Positions 51,314-64,000 of a stretch of DNA of 64,000 nucleotides are shown here, piece after piece; positions within the stretch are counted from its first letter, which is position 1, and each line of letters begins with the position of its first letter. The notes beneath the pieces are model-generated. The model had not been told where the DNA came from and made no database searches. It saw only the letters and a program-made list of their open reading frames with translations. The translations under genes were made by a program, and so were the position numbers. The DNA is taken from NCBI RefSeq assembly GCF_018977255.1, contig NW_024704748.1, forward strand, positions 19,964,001 to 20,028,000. The letters are read 5' to 3'. This stretch comes from Callorhinchus milii. Its lineage: Eukaryota.

Positions 51314-51377
51314 CTTGCTTTGAACTTCCCAAGGCTTGGTAATAGCAGACAAGTCACACCCTGTCATCATCATTGCC
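51314..51377 (-). CDS. PDE6C: PDE6C exon 18
   Basis: [21 protein letters not shown]. Confidence 0.95.
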
Positions 51378-51473
51378 CTGTTCAAAATCATAGGGGTACA
51401 ATATGTCAATAAATTCAGAATTCAGTGTGTCAGAAAATACAAATGTTAGAAGAAAAATAAGAAAAACACTTAC

Positions 51474-51581
51474 ATGACAATTTCTTTCTTGGTTGGATCA
51501 CAAGAAATATACTTTATGGCTTCCTCTTCATTTTGTGTTTGTTCTATATGATCAACAATTTTTTTAAACATTGTCCTTTTT
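51474..51581 (-). CDS. PDE6C: PDE6C exon 17
   Basis: [35 protein letters not shown]. Confidence 0.94.
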
Positions 51582-52151
51582 CTGTGAAACATTTGAAGGA
51601 GCAAATGATATTAAATACTGTCTAGTCCTCTGAATTTTATGCAGTATGTTTGTATGAAGCGGACACAAGGTTCAGGTAATTGACTTTTTGACTCATATAA
51701 GTATGTATTTCACACTTATCATTAATAGTAGTGATTTGTTTGCTACAACTTTTCCTTTTTGAAACAACACTCTGCTGTAATGCATTCTTTCACCCATCAG
51801 CCTAATGAAAAACTAGTGGCATATTCCATCTATATATTGTTGGGATTAAAAATATGCATGGCCTAAATCTGATATCAAAATATTTTCAGTTATTTTTTCA
51901 GCCGAGCAGAAATAACTTTTTGTGGTCAATGTTATAATGCCACGTTAAAGATTTAGGTATAATAGGATCAACACACAAGCAAAACAAATTAATACAGATG
52001 AGGATCAATGTATGTATATATATATTTATATGTGTGTGTGTAAAACATAAAACATTAGAACATTTTTGTGAATTTAATCTTGAAACTATTTTAAGAATAG
52101 ATTGCTCCACTTCAGCTAAGTGAGAAAAGGTAGCACAAGTAGAGCACTCAC

Positions 52152-52252
52152 TTGAAATACAAGGCCAAGTCTGTCGCTATTATAGCAACTTCCATTAAGT
52201 GCATGACTGTTTCAAACTGGCGCTTGTTCAGATTCTGAAAGATGTTTATACT
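52152..52252 (-). CDS. PDE6C: PDE6C exon 16
   Basis: [33 protein letters not shown]. Confidence 0.95.
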
Positions 52253-52388
52253 CTGGTAATCCGAGAGAAGAAAAAGAAGGAAACACTGTGAAATTAATAT
52301 GTCCATTCTAAAACCATAAATTCATATTTTTAATATTATTGCACTAAACTATCGATCAAACATATTCAGATATGAATAACTCACTGAC

Positions 52389-52476
52389 CTCATCCTGAAG
52401 CAGGGTTTTGCTGTATTCAAGGTGATGCCTTTCCATAATGGAGGAGCCATGCAGCTTTGCAAGAGGTGCTGCTGAT
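52389..52476 (-). CDS. PDE6C: PDE6C exon 15
   Basis: [29 protein letters not shown]. Confidence 0.95.
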
Positions 52477-52604
52477 CTGTGGTTAAGTATCATTTAAATA
52501 TAACTTTCAGATTTTGTCTAAACTGTAAACAGTAAATTGCAATCTCATATTTGTGAAGCGTAACTTAAATTCTATCCAATTCTCAACAAATCAGCCTATG
52601 CCTG

Positions 52605-53020
52605 ATGTAGTGGTAGCACTCTCACATCAAAGTCATAAGGCTGTGGGTTCAAACCCACTTCGAGATTCAGAATCACATAGTCTGACACTCCAATTCAGTG
52701 CTGGGATTGTGTTACATTGGCAGAGGTGCCACCCTTTAGATGAAAGGTTAAACTAGGGTTCCGTCCGCCTTTTCAGGTGGATGTTAAAGATCCCATGGCA
52801 TTATTCGAAAAGAGAAAGGAGTTTCTCCCAGTGTCCTCACAAACAAAACCCCGAAATAAAATTGGTCACTCGCTCCATGGTTGTCTGTGGGATATTGCTG
52901 TATGTAAACTGGCTGCCCCGTTTTGCCCACAAAATATACAGTTAATCCATTTTACAGTGTATCCTGTGAAGAACTTTGAGATCTCTCAACAATGTGATAA
53001 GGTGCTGTTATCACATTGTT
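52605..53020 (+). mobile_element. Older tRNA-derived Deu-type SINE
   Basis: GTGGTAGCACTCTC...GGTTCAAACCC head, GTTAAAGATCCCATGGCA, shared tail. Confidence 0.7.
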
Positions 53021-53032
53021 AAATTCCACCTA

Positions 53033-53143
<111 letters not shown>

Positions 53144-53280
53144 CTACATAAATAGATTATAAAATTTGAACGACTAAGGATACAACAGAAATTCACATGA
53201 ACAAAGTGATTGAACAATGAATAAAACGGTTGCTCTTTGTTAACAGTTTTGTTTGTTCCTCTTTAAATGGTGTATCTTAC

Positions 53281-53388
53281 CATCAGTAGTGTAAACATAG
53301 TTTGTCCCACATTGAACCCATGCCGCCAGTTGTGATAGGTAATATCACGATAGCCTTTTCTAATAGTGTACATCCATCGAGTCAATAC
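53281..53388 (-). CDS. PDE6C: PDE6C exon 13
   Basis: [36 protein letters not shown]. Confidence 0.96.
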
Positions 53389-54158
53389 CTGTCAGAAAAC
53401 AATTCCCATTTAAGATATTAAGTGGTACAAAAAATAAAATACATACTGTAATGTAGACCTATGGACTTAATCATTCCTATGTTACATACTCAATTCTACT
53501 TCTACAAATATGGTATCACACTTGGGGCTATAGGGTATCCTTTAAGATAATCTATAGATTATTCTAATTATTACTGTGTCTTTCCTACTTTTATCAAGGC
53601 TTTAGAATTTTTGCCTTTATCAAGGCAAAATGTTTCTCCAGCATTGGACCACTATCATTTTCAGCCTTGTTTTTCTCAGGTCCCTAAGAGTGAAATAATG
53701 AAAACAAATGCAAGAAAATATACATTGTTGCCCTATTACCATTTCTGATATTATTTTTATGAAAACAAAACATACTGTGGATCAGTTATGTTATTATCTG
53801 TAGTTATTATAAACGCTCCAGGATGCTACCCCTCGTGAAAGGCGCTATGTGAATGCAAGTTGTTGTTATTTATACTGCTGGATGCAAAGCAATATTGCTT
53901 CTGGCAGTATGATTTATATTTCTCACTCCACGTTGCCCAAAGAACCATCAGAGCAATTTATTGTACAATTTTGTATGCAAATTTCATACAGTTCAGGAAC
54001 ATGAACAGAGGCAAATTCAAAGCCCAGGATGGTATATTCCAATACCCTGTTACTTCAGGGTATTGGAATATACAAATTATAAGAATTGTAATAATCCAGT
54101 TTTACAAGTAATTAAACATAATCACAATACTGCAAGTGAATAAACCGAAAAGACTCAC

Positions 54159-54305
54159 TTCAGGTGGTACTTTGAACTTTTGAACTGCATTAATTTCAAA
54201 GAAACACTTAATCCCACACTTGATCAGGTCAAATTCTGAAACAGGAATGTCACTGAAGTGGAATTCATACAGATCAACAACTTTTGGATCAGGTAATTCT
54301 TCTTT
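54159..54305 (-). CDS. PDE6C: PDE6C exon 12
   Basis: [37 protein letters not shown]. Confidence 0.94.
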
Positions 54306-54414
54306 CTGTGAGCAAAATTTAAGTTGTAGTTAACACTTAAATGAGGTAAATATTACAAATAATAATTTAGTATCAAACAACTAGTTTTGTATAACAGATG
54401 CAAATATAACTTAC

Positions 54415-54480
54415 CAAGATCTTAATCATTTCATTTTGTTCACAGTCTTCAATTTCCTTATTTATTTTTTCCTTTGTTTT
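54415..54480 (-). CDS. PDE6C: PDE6C exon 11
   Basis: KTKEKINKEIEDCEQNEMIKIL; phase 0-0. Confidence 0.9.
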
Positions 54481-54575
54481 CTATTAAAACATGGGATTCA
54501 CAAAATTATTAACAATGTTATTCACGTTATTCTTAAGTAATAGTTAATGCAAATAGTCTTTTCCTTTGCACTCAC

Positions 54576-54719
54576 CAGAATAGTCTGAAGTTCTTTGTTA
54601 CTGCATTTTGAATGGTACATTAGCATTTCAGCAGCAATGTCTCTCCTGTTTTCTAATTTGTTCATTTTGTCATATGCATCCGTGTTCAGAACTGACCATC
54701 CTAGGAATTGTGTGAGACC
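54576..54719 (-). CDS. PDE6C: PDE6C exon 10
   Basis: [29 protein letters not shown]. Confidence 0.95.
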
Positions 54720-55253
54720 CTGAAGCAAGCAACACTTTAATTCAGTAAAGCTAATAAGATCAATGGTGGACTATTAGCTGTGTCTTACTGATAGATCTTT
54801 GTATTTCAGTAACATTGTGTGGTTAAATAATAAGTTAATAGGTTCAAAGTATCAGGGTCAACTCAGAGCTAGCTTTATATACTCCCTGTGGAATTCAGTG
54901 TGAAACAAAGTGCATAAATGCTCCATTAATGAGGCCTCAATAATGTTAATAAGTCATTGTGCACACTTAGAGGAAAATAAGATTGTACTTGAATTTCAAT
55001 TTAATGGATTAGACTATCAGGAATGCCAAAAAGCCAAATACTGTATCTTGCTAACTCCTGATGTTCTGCATTCTTTCGCATATATTGCCAAGGTTGTAAC
55101 TTTACTTGTCAGCATGTATCTCTCCCCAACCTTTGTAGTATTGCTTTGTTCGCCACCCAAATTCACGTGTTCTTAAAATATAATTGACAATTGAGGTCTG
55201 AAAGTGACCCTGCCTTGATAAATGGTGTGAAAAATGTATTCTTTAGTACTTAC

Positions 55254-55403
55254 TTCAATGATCTGTTCATCATGTTCATCAAAGGGCTTTCCATCTTTTC
55301 TGTTGTAAAATGTAGCTATTCCCACTATTTCTTCTTTCTTGTTTACAATTGGCAATGACAGGACATTTTTTATTACCCAGCCTGTTTCATCCACTGGCCC
55401 TTT
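55254..55403 (-). CDS. PDE6C: PDE6C exon 9
   Basis: [43 protein letters not shown]. Confidence 0.95.
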
Positions 55404-56562
55404 CTTTCAAAGAAAGCCATGAGATATATAATAAATACAATGAAAATCTCTTGTGTTCAGAAGCTAATTTCAATTGGTGGATTAATAATAGCGTAAGTGC
55501 TTAGCAAACTCTGATGTGATAATAACAACATATGACCTATTTGCATCTTCATTGTAATTTTACATAACCTTTGGAAAGTAAAATAGGTAAAATAAGTAGT
55601 GATTCAAGAATACAATAGTAATATTACAACATACAACAGCCAGCCATAACTGGTAACATTATACTCATGGAATCATCAAGGCACAAATAAGATTGAGTTG
55701 TGGTGATGTGTAGTGTTTTAGATTATGTATGTTCATACTTACAGTTATAACTTTCTATCCTGTTCTTAACCAGATATTGATATAATTCCTTTCAAGTGAA
55801 TAATGTTTAATGGACATCTATTCTTCACACCCAATTCTGTGGACAATCCTCTTTGTGGGAGGAGAGGGAGCACGGGATGGAGAGGTAAGTAGGGTCTCCG
55901 TGCAGCTGAGCTGATTCCAAGTTGATATGCTTGGCAATTGAATGTTGGAATCGAGTCAACCCTCTCTCTCGGTAGTCCAGTTCCTGAGACAGGTGGGTTT
56001 GCAGTACTCCAGGGCACTGCTGATGACAGACAAATTAGCCTGATTCATCAGCTGGGAGCAGGGATTCTTCCCATTCCATTCGAGACACAGAGAAATTTCC
56101 ATGTGTACATGGCATTCACATCTGGGTGGATACTGTTAAACATGGCACGGATTTCCACATGTATCAGACCCTTGCTGGCAAAAAAATACCATTCTGTGGA
56201 GAAGCAATTCTCTTCTAATTTCTAGTCTTGCTTGAGGGTTGTTTAATTTTTGGCAGATCTCTAATTTTACAATCTCAGACTAAATTAGATATGTCTTTTA
56301 TTTTTATGAAGGCCTAGGTATTCTCTTAGTTTGGTCTTCTTCTCATCCCAGATTCACATCCCAGACTCACTTGTATAAAATGGTTAGCTTTTACATGTTA
56401 TATCCTACTCTGTCAAGTTCTTTGACAAACTGTCGAACTGCACGGTGAATGGTATTGCTGTTAATGAGTGTGTGCCAATAACTCCGAGTTTTGGTGCATG
56501 CAGCATTTGAAACTTGGTTTAATTGATTTAGGTACAGAGAACACATTTATTTTTGTACTTAC

Positions 56563-56610
56563 TTGAAATGTAAAGTAGTCATCAGCCACAGCATTCATCA
56601 TGTTGCAGAT
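56563..56610 (-). CDS. PDE6C: PDE6C exon 8
   Basis: ICNMMNAVADDYFTFQ. Confidence 0.94.
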
Positions 56611-57108
56611 CTGCCACAAACATAAGTTATACATATATAGTAATAATATATAAATTGAGAGTGAGCAGGATTAGACAGCAGTGCATGCTCTTGTGGAGAT
56701 GCTCTTGTGTTCTTTTGAAGAACATAATAACTATTTGTATCCTTATTTTGATTTATTCCTTTAATTATTATCTTTGCCCACCTAAGTTCAATGCAAGCTT
56801 CTGAAGCAGAAACTTCTATTCCTCTTCAGTATTATTCAACCACTTACCTGTACATTGACTAACACATTCACACCTTATCTGTAATATTCCATTTTCCTAC
56901 CCCATGTTTCACTTTCTGTTACATATAATGTTTTTTTTTCTTCAGCAGAATAATACAGATCTATTTTACAAAATTAATTGCAGGTATTATTTATTATGGT
57001 ATGAATAAATATATGTATGTGTGTGTATGTTTATATATAGTATGTCATAGCTAACCACTCCAACAAATAGCAACTAAGCTGGACATTTTCATTGAGTTCT
57101 TTACTTAC

Positions 57109-57175
57109 AAATCCATTTTCGGCAACATAAGTCGGCAGCCCGCTCACAAGGGACCAATGATCTGCAGGAGGCGAT
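57109..57175 (-). CDS. PDE6C: PDE6C exon 7
   Basis: [22 protein letters not shown]. Confidence 0.94.
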
Positions 57176-57270
57176 CTTCAAACACAAAATGGAAGCAAAG
57201 CACATTAATTGTCAGTGTGCCATCTAATAAACCTTGTCTTACTTGTTTTGGAGGAGCTATTGGTACTTAC

Positions 57271-57335
57271 GGGATGACTTTAATTTCTTCTTTCCCGACC
57301 AATAAATAATCAATGATCTTGTAAAAGATGATTTC
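57271..57335 (-). CDS. PDE6C: PDE6C exon 6
   Basis: EIIFYKIIDYLLVGKEEIKVIP. Confidence 0.94.
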
Positions 57336-57434
57336 CTGTAGAGTAAGAGTGAATTTAAGTGCCATCATCCTATGATTAATCTTAAAGATTTATCATGAAC
57401 TCCTGAAATTAACAATAATTCAAAAACCACTTAC

Positions 57435-57509
57435 TCTGCCATCTGGAGTTTTTGGACCTTTGTAAGGTTCTGCCTCACCCATCAGAATTGGCCATTCATC
57501 AAAGAACTC
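57435..57509 (-). CDS. PDE6C: PDE6C exon 5
   Basis: EFFDEWPILMGEAEPYKGPKTPDGR. Confidence 0.95.
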
Positions 57510-57633
57510 CTAAAAAGCACAACATGTTTAATTCTGATTTCTTTTATTTAATTAAGCAAAGCATATTATGGTGGTTCTGAATTAATAACCATAAGAAAGA
57601 GGGATGCAACATTAACTTTAGAAATATGGTTAC

Positions 57634-57774
57634 CTTTTGTTTGGTCATGTCCAGCAGAGCAACTGAATATCTTTCCACATTTAAATAAATTCGAACTGTA
57701 TACAAAGCTTTGTGGAACTGACGCTCAATATCTGTAAGCTCCTCAAACACCTTGTTAGCAGACCACAATAGGAC
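57634..57774 (-). CDS. PDE6C: PDE6C exon 4
   Basis: [28 protein letters not shown]...LLDMTKQK. Confidence 0.95.
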
Positions 57775-58322
57775 CTGTTCATGGGAAGCAAAAGTAAATT
57801 AACCAAAGACGAATTAAAAAGAAACTACTGATCAAAATTAAAATTAGAAATCATTGATTGTATCTCTAAAACAAGCCATCATCATGGAAAGAAATTTATT
57901 TTTTGCTAAAACTATTTTAATTGCATTTTAGATAGTTATGGTTAAGACAATCGCTGAAATATGCTGTAAGGGTTTTCTGATTGATTTTAGGCTCATGCTG
58001 TTGGCATGGAGGTAGTTGTAAGAAATGGAGGAAGCAGGAAAAGTCTGCTTAAATTAATATTATCAGATTTTCTTTTATCTACAGATTTCTTGTTAGTAAT
58101 AAGAACTCTTCAGTTCTGAAATATCAATGTGAGGCTTGAACCCATTACACTCAGATTCAGACGCAACAGTGCTACTGAGCCAAGATTTTAAGCACTTTGG
58201 AAATCCTCCTGACATAAAAGACGCTATATAAGTGTAAATCATATTTTATTATAAAATAACACCAGTATATTATACATAAATTTATAATCCAAAACTTATC
58301 CTCTGAATTCCAGTATAAGCTT

Positions 58323-58648
58323 TGGAGTCCTGTAGCTCAGTGGTTAGAGCACTCGCTTTGCAAGCGAGAGACCTGAGTTCAATTCCAGGCAGAGGGCGAA
58401 ACCTTGGGCAAGTTTCCTTACTCCACACAGAGCCTAATAATAATCCCTCCAAAAAAAAAAAAAAAACAATAATAAATTGGTCATTTTCAATCTACGACTG
58501 TTTGTGGGACATTGCTGTGCGCAATTGGCTGCCGCGTTCGCCCGCAAATATACAGTCAATTCACTTTACAGTGTGTTCTGTGAAGCGCTTTGGGACGTCC
58601 TCCCGACGTGAAAAGCGCTATATCAAATGCAAGGATTATTATTATTAT
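58323..58648 (+). mobile_element. Full-length SINE, same family (PDE6C intron 3)
   Basis: Near-identical to the 43650 copy. Confidence 0.92.
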
Positions 58649-58789
58649 AAAATGTGCCTTGCCGATGGTAGTTAATTTTTATAGTACATATTATGATATT
58701 TACTACTGTCAGCCTCATGAAGACGTATATATTGATATCAAAATGTTTGAAGATATTGGGGATTTTTTTAATATAAAATTAAACATTAC

Positions 58790-58879
58790 CTGGGTCCGTC
58801 GGGATTCAACATTGTAGAGATAATTCAAATGAGAGTATTTCAATCCTAAAGATGCAAAATTAAGGTATTTGGCAAACAC
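58790..58879 (-). CDS. PDE6C: PDE6C exon 3
   Basis: VFAKYLNFASLGLKYSHLNYLYNVESRRTQ. Confidence 0.95.
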
Positions 58880-58982
58880 CTGAGGATATAAAAGAATTAA
58901 ATGAATTATGGGGAAACAGTACATTCAATGGATTTGCAATGTTTTAAATTTATTCACGAATATGTGGGTTCACTACATTTAC

Positions 58983-59135
58983 CTCTTGGTCCAGTTTGGA
59001 GAAGTGAGGTTCGTCAATCTTGTTGACTAACATAAAGACTGCTAATACTTCTTTCCCCAGCAAAATTGGAGCAGCAAGAATGTTGGAGGTTGTGTAAGCA
59101 GTCTGTTTATCAACAAAGTCAGAAAAATGGCTATC
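58983..59135 (-). CDS. PDE6C: PDE6C exon 2
   Basis: [24 protein letters not shown]...[15 protein letters not shown]. Confidence 0.95.
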
Positions 59136-60588
59136 CTAAGACAGAACGACAAAGTTACATTATAACATTATAGGCTCCAAATTGCACTGCAGGTCATTTT
59201 TTCAAGAATATTGGAGATTATATTACATTGAAGAAATCTAAGAGCGGTCTCCCTAGTAGTAATTATAACATTTTCTTTATCAGTTCTAGCTCAAATCCAT
59301 AGTAACTTGGTGCTAGATACGCATAGACAGAGTTATAAGAGTAAGAACCAACAGTGTCTGCCAACATTGGAAGATTTACTTTGTAGATTGATTAGGGACA
59401 GTAGCTTTGTGCTGAAGGTAATTTGCTTTGACAAAGCTTATCTGGTGATAATCACGTGATTCCGTGTTTGCATCCATGAGAGGTATTTTGGGGCAAATAT
59501 TACAAATGGAATTTCTAGATATATTATGAATGGAAGTTCCCTAGATGATCTTGGATAAAGTGGCTGAATTGGGATGCAGTGGCAAGCCATCTGTGCTATT
59601 AGGTAAAGTTCAATGATATCTTTGATGTCACAATCCAGAACCAGCCCCTCGTGCATTTTGACTATGTAAGGAATATAGATCGCCAGCTGACGACACGTCC
59701 TGAAAATACTCATCTTGATCCTTCTTGATCTTTTCCTCCTAATAAGCATTATACATTTAGAAGGATTATCCACCATTGTCTTGATTTGGCAATAAGCAGT
59801 TGCAAGTCAAAAGCTGCAGTGTTTTTCTTAGTAACCCATGACACCTCTTTGAATCTAAGCAAAATAAAAAGACCTGTTTGATCAACTGGATATTGCCTAT
59901 CACTGTATTATTCTCATGTTCGATTATGCAACCACGCTCTGCATACATCATTACACTTTAAGAAAGAAAAATGATGCAAAAATGTTGCAGCAGTGCATAT
60001 CCACATGATGAATTTCCAATTTGTTTTCACAATACCGGTAACGGATTCGGATTTGAAGCAGTTTAATTGAAAGCTGACAAATTGGTTTCACTGGATAACA
60101 GCAATCTAATGTAATAAGACTTGCAGTCATTTCTGGGCTGGTTTTGCTATTTAGCAGAAAGGCAGCATATGTGGTGAAAGCTGTGCAGAGAAATATTCCG
60201 GTGAATTCTCTCACAACACAAAATGAGATTTTCTAGCTTTACAAATAAATTACAAATAATAAACAAATCCACTGCACATAAAAGAGTAGGCAAGAAAGAT
60301 TATTTATGTGATGCTACTTAAGTGAAGATATAAATTGAATGAAAATTCAATTGCCCGGGATAAAATTGATCATTTACTTCATAATTTTTGTAGTACATTG
60401 CTAAACACAAAATTGCCTGCTGTGTTGGTCGATAAATACACAGTCACTACACATTACAGTAAATTCTTTAAAGCGCTTGAGACGTCCTCTCCGCAAAAAA
60501 GGCACTAAATCAAATGCAAGGATTAATATTAATACCCATTTTTAAATGCAGTTCATTGTGTTGGCTTTAGTAGTTCAATCAAACCTAC

Positions 60589-61065
60589 CTTTTTAACATC
60601 AGCAATATTCTGCACCTTCCTGGTGTGCGCGGTCCATCCTACCAGCCCAATATCGTACGGGAATACTATTTCGCTCTCTGGAGCAACAAGATTGGCTTGC
60701 AGTTCAGAGTTTCGGGTCACATCAAAAAGTCTTGTGGCCAGCTCGGGGATGCCATTCCTCGACCTCATTATGAACATGCTACCTCTGTCCGCATTGACTA
60801 GAGTTACAATCCTCTGCACTACCTTGTGCATCTGCTTGTCGATGTCGTTGGTATCTTGCATCTCAACCATCATCTCAAACACTATGTCAGACTCCTCCAA
60901 CTTGCATAGGTCCTTGAAAGACGCCCCATCTTTCACTTCTACTTTTCTATCGTTAAACAACGCTCCTATTGTTTCTGGCTTGAGCTTCTTGTCAAAATAT
61001 TCCTTGGCAAACTGTGGGTTGTTCTCCAAGTATTGCTCGACCGCTTGCTTGTTAACTTCCCCCAT
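60589..61065 (-). CDS. PDE6C: PDE6C exon 1
   Basis: MGEVNKQ...NADRGSMF...IVFPYDIGLVGWTAHTRKVQNIADVKK|gtaggt. Confidence 0.96.
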
Positions 61066-61249
61066 GTTTGCTGTTATTTTCCTTTTAGATTCGCATCGTC
61101 AAAGAGACAAAAGGGTAGAATCAAAGGCCCCTCGTATCTTGCTGCAGCTGACAGTAGATCATAGACATCATACGCCCAGTTTTACCATGGGAGTCCCAGC
61201 CAGCAGATCACACACCATCTGATGTCTCTCTTAGGTTGACAGCAGGCAA

Positions 61250-61475
61250 TGGCTTAGAGGCTAAGGAGATCTTGCTGACTGCTAATAAACATGACGTCAT
61301 TATCCTGATCATTATTATTAGAAAATAAATCCCAATCTTCTCTATTTTAGAATCCAATTAAAGCGCAAAAGTGATATTTCCAATGAGCACAGACAGATTA
61401 TGCACAACTATGGTACTTCCTCGGTTTTCTATAACTATTCAATTGTGGATAACTGTTCTGTATGTTGGATTAGTA
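61250..61475 (-). promoter_or_regulatory. Proximal photoreceptor-type promoter of PDE6C
   Basis: CRX/OTX-type TAAGCC (61251-61256) and TAATCC (61467-61472), palindromic CRE TGACGTCA (61292), TGCTGAC (61273). Confidence 0.55.
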
Positions 61476-62454
61476 CACGTGCAATACATTAGTACACTAT
61501 TGCGTTATCCGTGACTCGTACCATTTAAAATACCCCTGTGACTCTGACTTAATACATTCTCATTCATGGGTAATTTACTTAAAGAAAAAAGGCAATCGTG
61601 CGTATTTGTAAGATCTGCCATATCCGCCTGAAAGAACAGAAATCAGCTTAATAACTGATTATTGCTTTGCTTTGAAAATCAACAACAAATCTTGTCTTTT
61701 TTGTATACTTTATTTGTGACTTCAGAAACTGTCTCCCGTATAATCTTTATTCGGTGTCACTTTCTAAATGTACATGTTTTGTTGAATATTGAATGTTTTT
61801 TTCCCAATACATATTGTACAAACGAGTCCTTTTTAGCTTATCTTTAGTTGATGTATGAACTCCCTTGTTTCACACCTGCAACGTTTTCGTTTGCAATTCC
61901 ATTCAACTGGATCCAATAGAACTTCATTTTGGTTCTGGTTATTTTGTTGATTGAAGTCATATTGGTTGCATTGATTGGCAAAGTGGTTTTGAAAGCTTGC
62001 TTCGAAAACAATTTCTTACAATTCCACAAAAAGAGATAGAAAACGTATGTTGTTTCTGGCCAGGAGATTATCCTGACCAATGAGTCAATGAGGAATTTTG
62101 CGAATTAACCTTTGAAGCAATAACCTAAAGAGAGATTGAAAGCAATATTCGAATTTAGCAATGTGTTCTTTCACATAATTGTTGGGGCTCATTGGTGAAG
62201 TTGTGTAGAACTAAAACTTCAGTAGCTCGTAATATTCAGCGATGGTGATGTTGAATTGTACCTGTTGTTTAGATGTTTCCGGACACTGAAAGATTTGGTT
62301 CAACATTATTTTAATCGGAACGCTCTATGATATTTGACAGCTAATGGTTTAATCTACACGGTTTTTGCTAACCAGTTAATGGTTTAATCTACACGGTTAA
62401 TCCACACTGCAGACTTTTGCCTCAGCAATTCAAGAAAACGGCATCACTATTCTA

Positions 62455-62728
62455 GACCTGTGTTCAATTCCAGGCAGGGCGAAACCTTGGGCAAGTTTCC
62501 TTACTCCACACGCCTAATAATAATCCCTCCAAAAAACAAAACAATAATAAATTGGTCATTTTCAATCCATGACTGTTTGTGGGACGTTGCTGTGCGCAAT
62601 TGGCTGCCGCGTTCGGCCACAAATATACAGTCAATTCACTTTACAGTATATTCTGTGAAGCGCTTTGGGACGTCTAGAGAACGTGAAAAGCGCTATATCA
62701 AATGCAAGGATTATTAATATTATTATTA
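62455..62728 (+). mobile_element. SINE, same family, 5'-truncated
   Basis: From B box to (ATT)n tail. Confidence 0.88.
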
Positions 62729-64000
62729 TAGAATTGTTAACCGATCACAGATTTCTCAAACTGATAGGCGATTATCAGTCAGAGAATGCAAAGAGAGAAA
62801 AAGCTAAAACAGATCAAACAGAGAATCAAAGGCTCTGCTGAAGTTTCAAGAATTTGGATCCATATATACAATTTGATATTTTGCTCGAAAGTGATGATTC
62901 AGAAAGTGCCGAATTAATGATGGATTGCAATTAAAGCATTTCTGTCCGTTGTCTCGATCTTGGTTAAAGGTTACCTAATAACACGGTTGGCAACCAGTGA
63001 AAACAAAAGTATCTTATCCACGAAAGAAAATTATTGTTGGGAAAGGACTCCCATTTAGCTCTCTGCAGAATAAGCAGGTGTTTGCATTTTCTTTTGAAAT
63101 CACCATAATACACAAACATGAGTCTGTCTGAGGCACTTCAAGGAGCTCAATCTGTCATAAGAGTAAATCCTGAGCTGTCAGTGTACAGCACATGTTCTGG
63201 ATCTGAATCCCATAAAGTTCATAATTTGTCCATTTCAAGAAATCGAAATTCACTAAAGCATCAAAGTGGTCCCTATCCTCACTGACCCGAGCATTTAAAA
63301 CAAGGGTAAGTCTAAACTCTCGTGTTCTTGCTTAGAAACTGTCTGACTGTTGTGTTTGTTAATTTGCAATTGAGTCAGAGTTTTTTTTGTTAATCTAAGA
63401 TACATGAATATAAAAAGGAAATCGAATTCCACAGCATAGTGAACAACGGGTCTGCTTACAAAATCTACTGTGAGGATGTGATAGGTGGAACAATACTCTC
63501 CAAAATCCTAAACTATAATATAAATTAACACAATGAGGTGAATGGGATATATTGTCCTAATTTAATTATGATTTAATAAACCTGTCTCAGGTTAAGTATT
63601 ACGCTCATGATTATTGCCCCTGGTGATTATAATGTAGATTGCAACATGGAGGGAGCATTTGCATAAATTTTATAAATGCATATGAGATGTTAAAATTATT
63701 TAAGAATCTATTTTGATCCAGGTGATACGACATTTTTAGATTATGTCCTTTATTTGTAGTGAATTTAGACTTAAAATAATATATAGTTATGCATAACATT
63801 TTAAAATATGTTTCATCAAATTATATTCATGTTTCTGTGCTGGCTCCATCAAACTGCACACTTAGATGCAAAATAAAGCTTTGTATGCAGTGTCTAATCT
63901 AACGCCCACAGTCAGGTTCAGCAAAGGATGAGATGCAGAGATACTTCATCTACTTTGTTGAAAATAGGCGTTTAGATTAGAACATTGGCTCCGAGTGTAC

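Noticed and set aside
60623-61222. 199-aa plus-strand ORF
   Set aside because: Antisense shadow of PDE6C exon 1 with no independent support

Overview
AT-rich vertebrate genomic DNA, not prokaryotic. The L2/CR1/Penelope fragments and the tRNA-derived Deu-type SINE point to a cartilaginous fish, possibly Callorhinchus milii (inference). Four intron-containing genes could be assembled by hand with in-frame GT-AG junctions: SLC35G1 (-, 3 exons; the 3' end of exon 1 is lost in an N-gap at 12168-12708), a compact and unusually diverged LGI1 (-, 8 exons, 542 aa), FRA10AC1 (+, 14 coding exons, 331 aa, one U12-type intron) and cone phosphodiesterase PDE6C (-, 22 exons, 861 aa). Gene order and relative orientation match the human 10q23.33 block. 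CpG-island promoters lie at about 12.7-13.9 kb and 30.9-31.9 kb. I found no novel multi-gene system. The observations most worth checking are: a U12 minor intron; LGI1 substitutions at positions equivalent to ADAM22-binding and epilepsy residues; a Penelope-type minimal hammerhead-like motif upstream of SLC35G1; a SINE with strongly AT->GC-biased changes inside a CpG island; an inverted SINE pair and two poly(A) signals around the FRA10AC1 last exon; an E-box-rich minisatellite; and a co-varying 3' hairpin shared by the SINE and L2. Human residue numbers and repeat consensus comparisons are from memory and need alignment checks.
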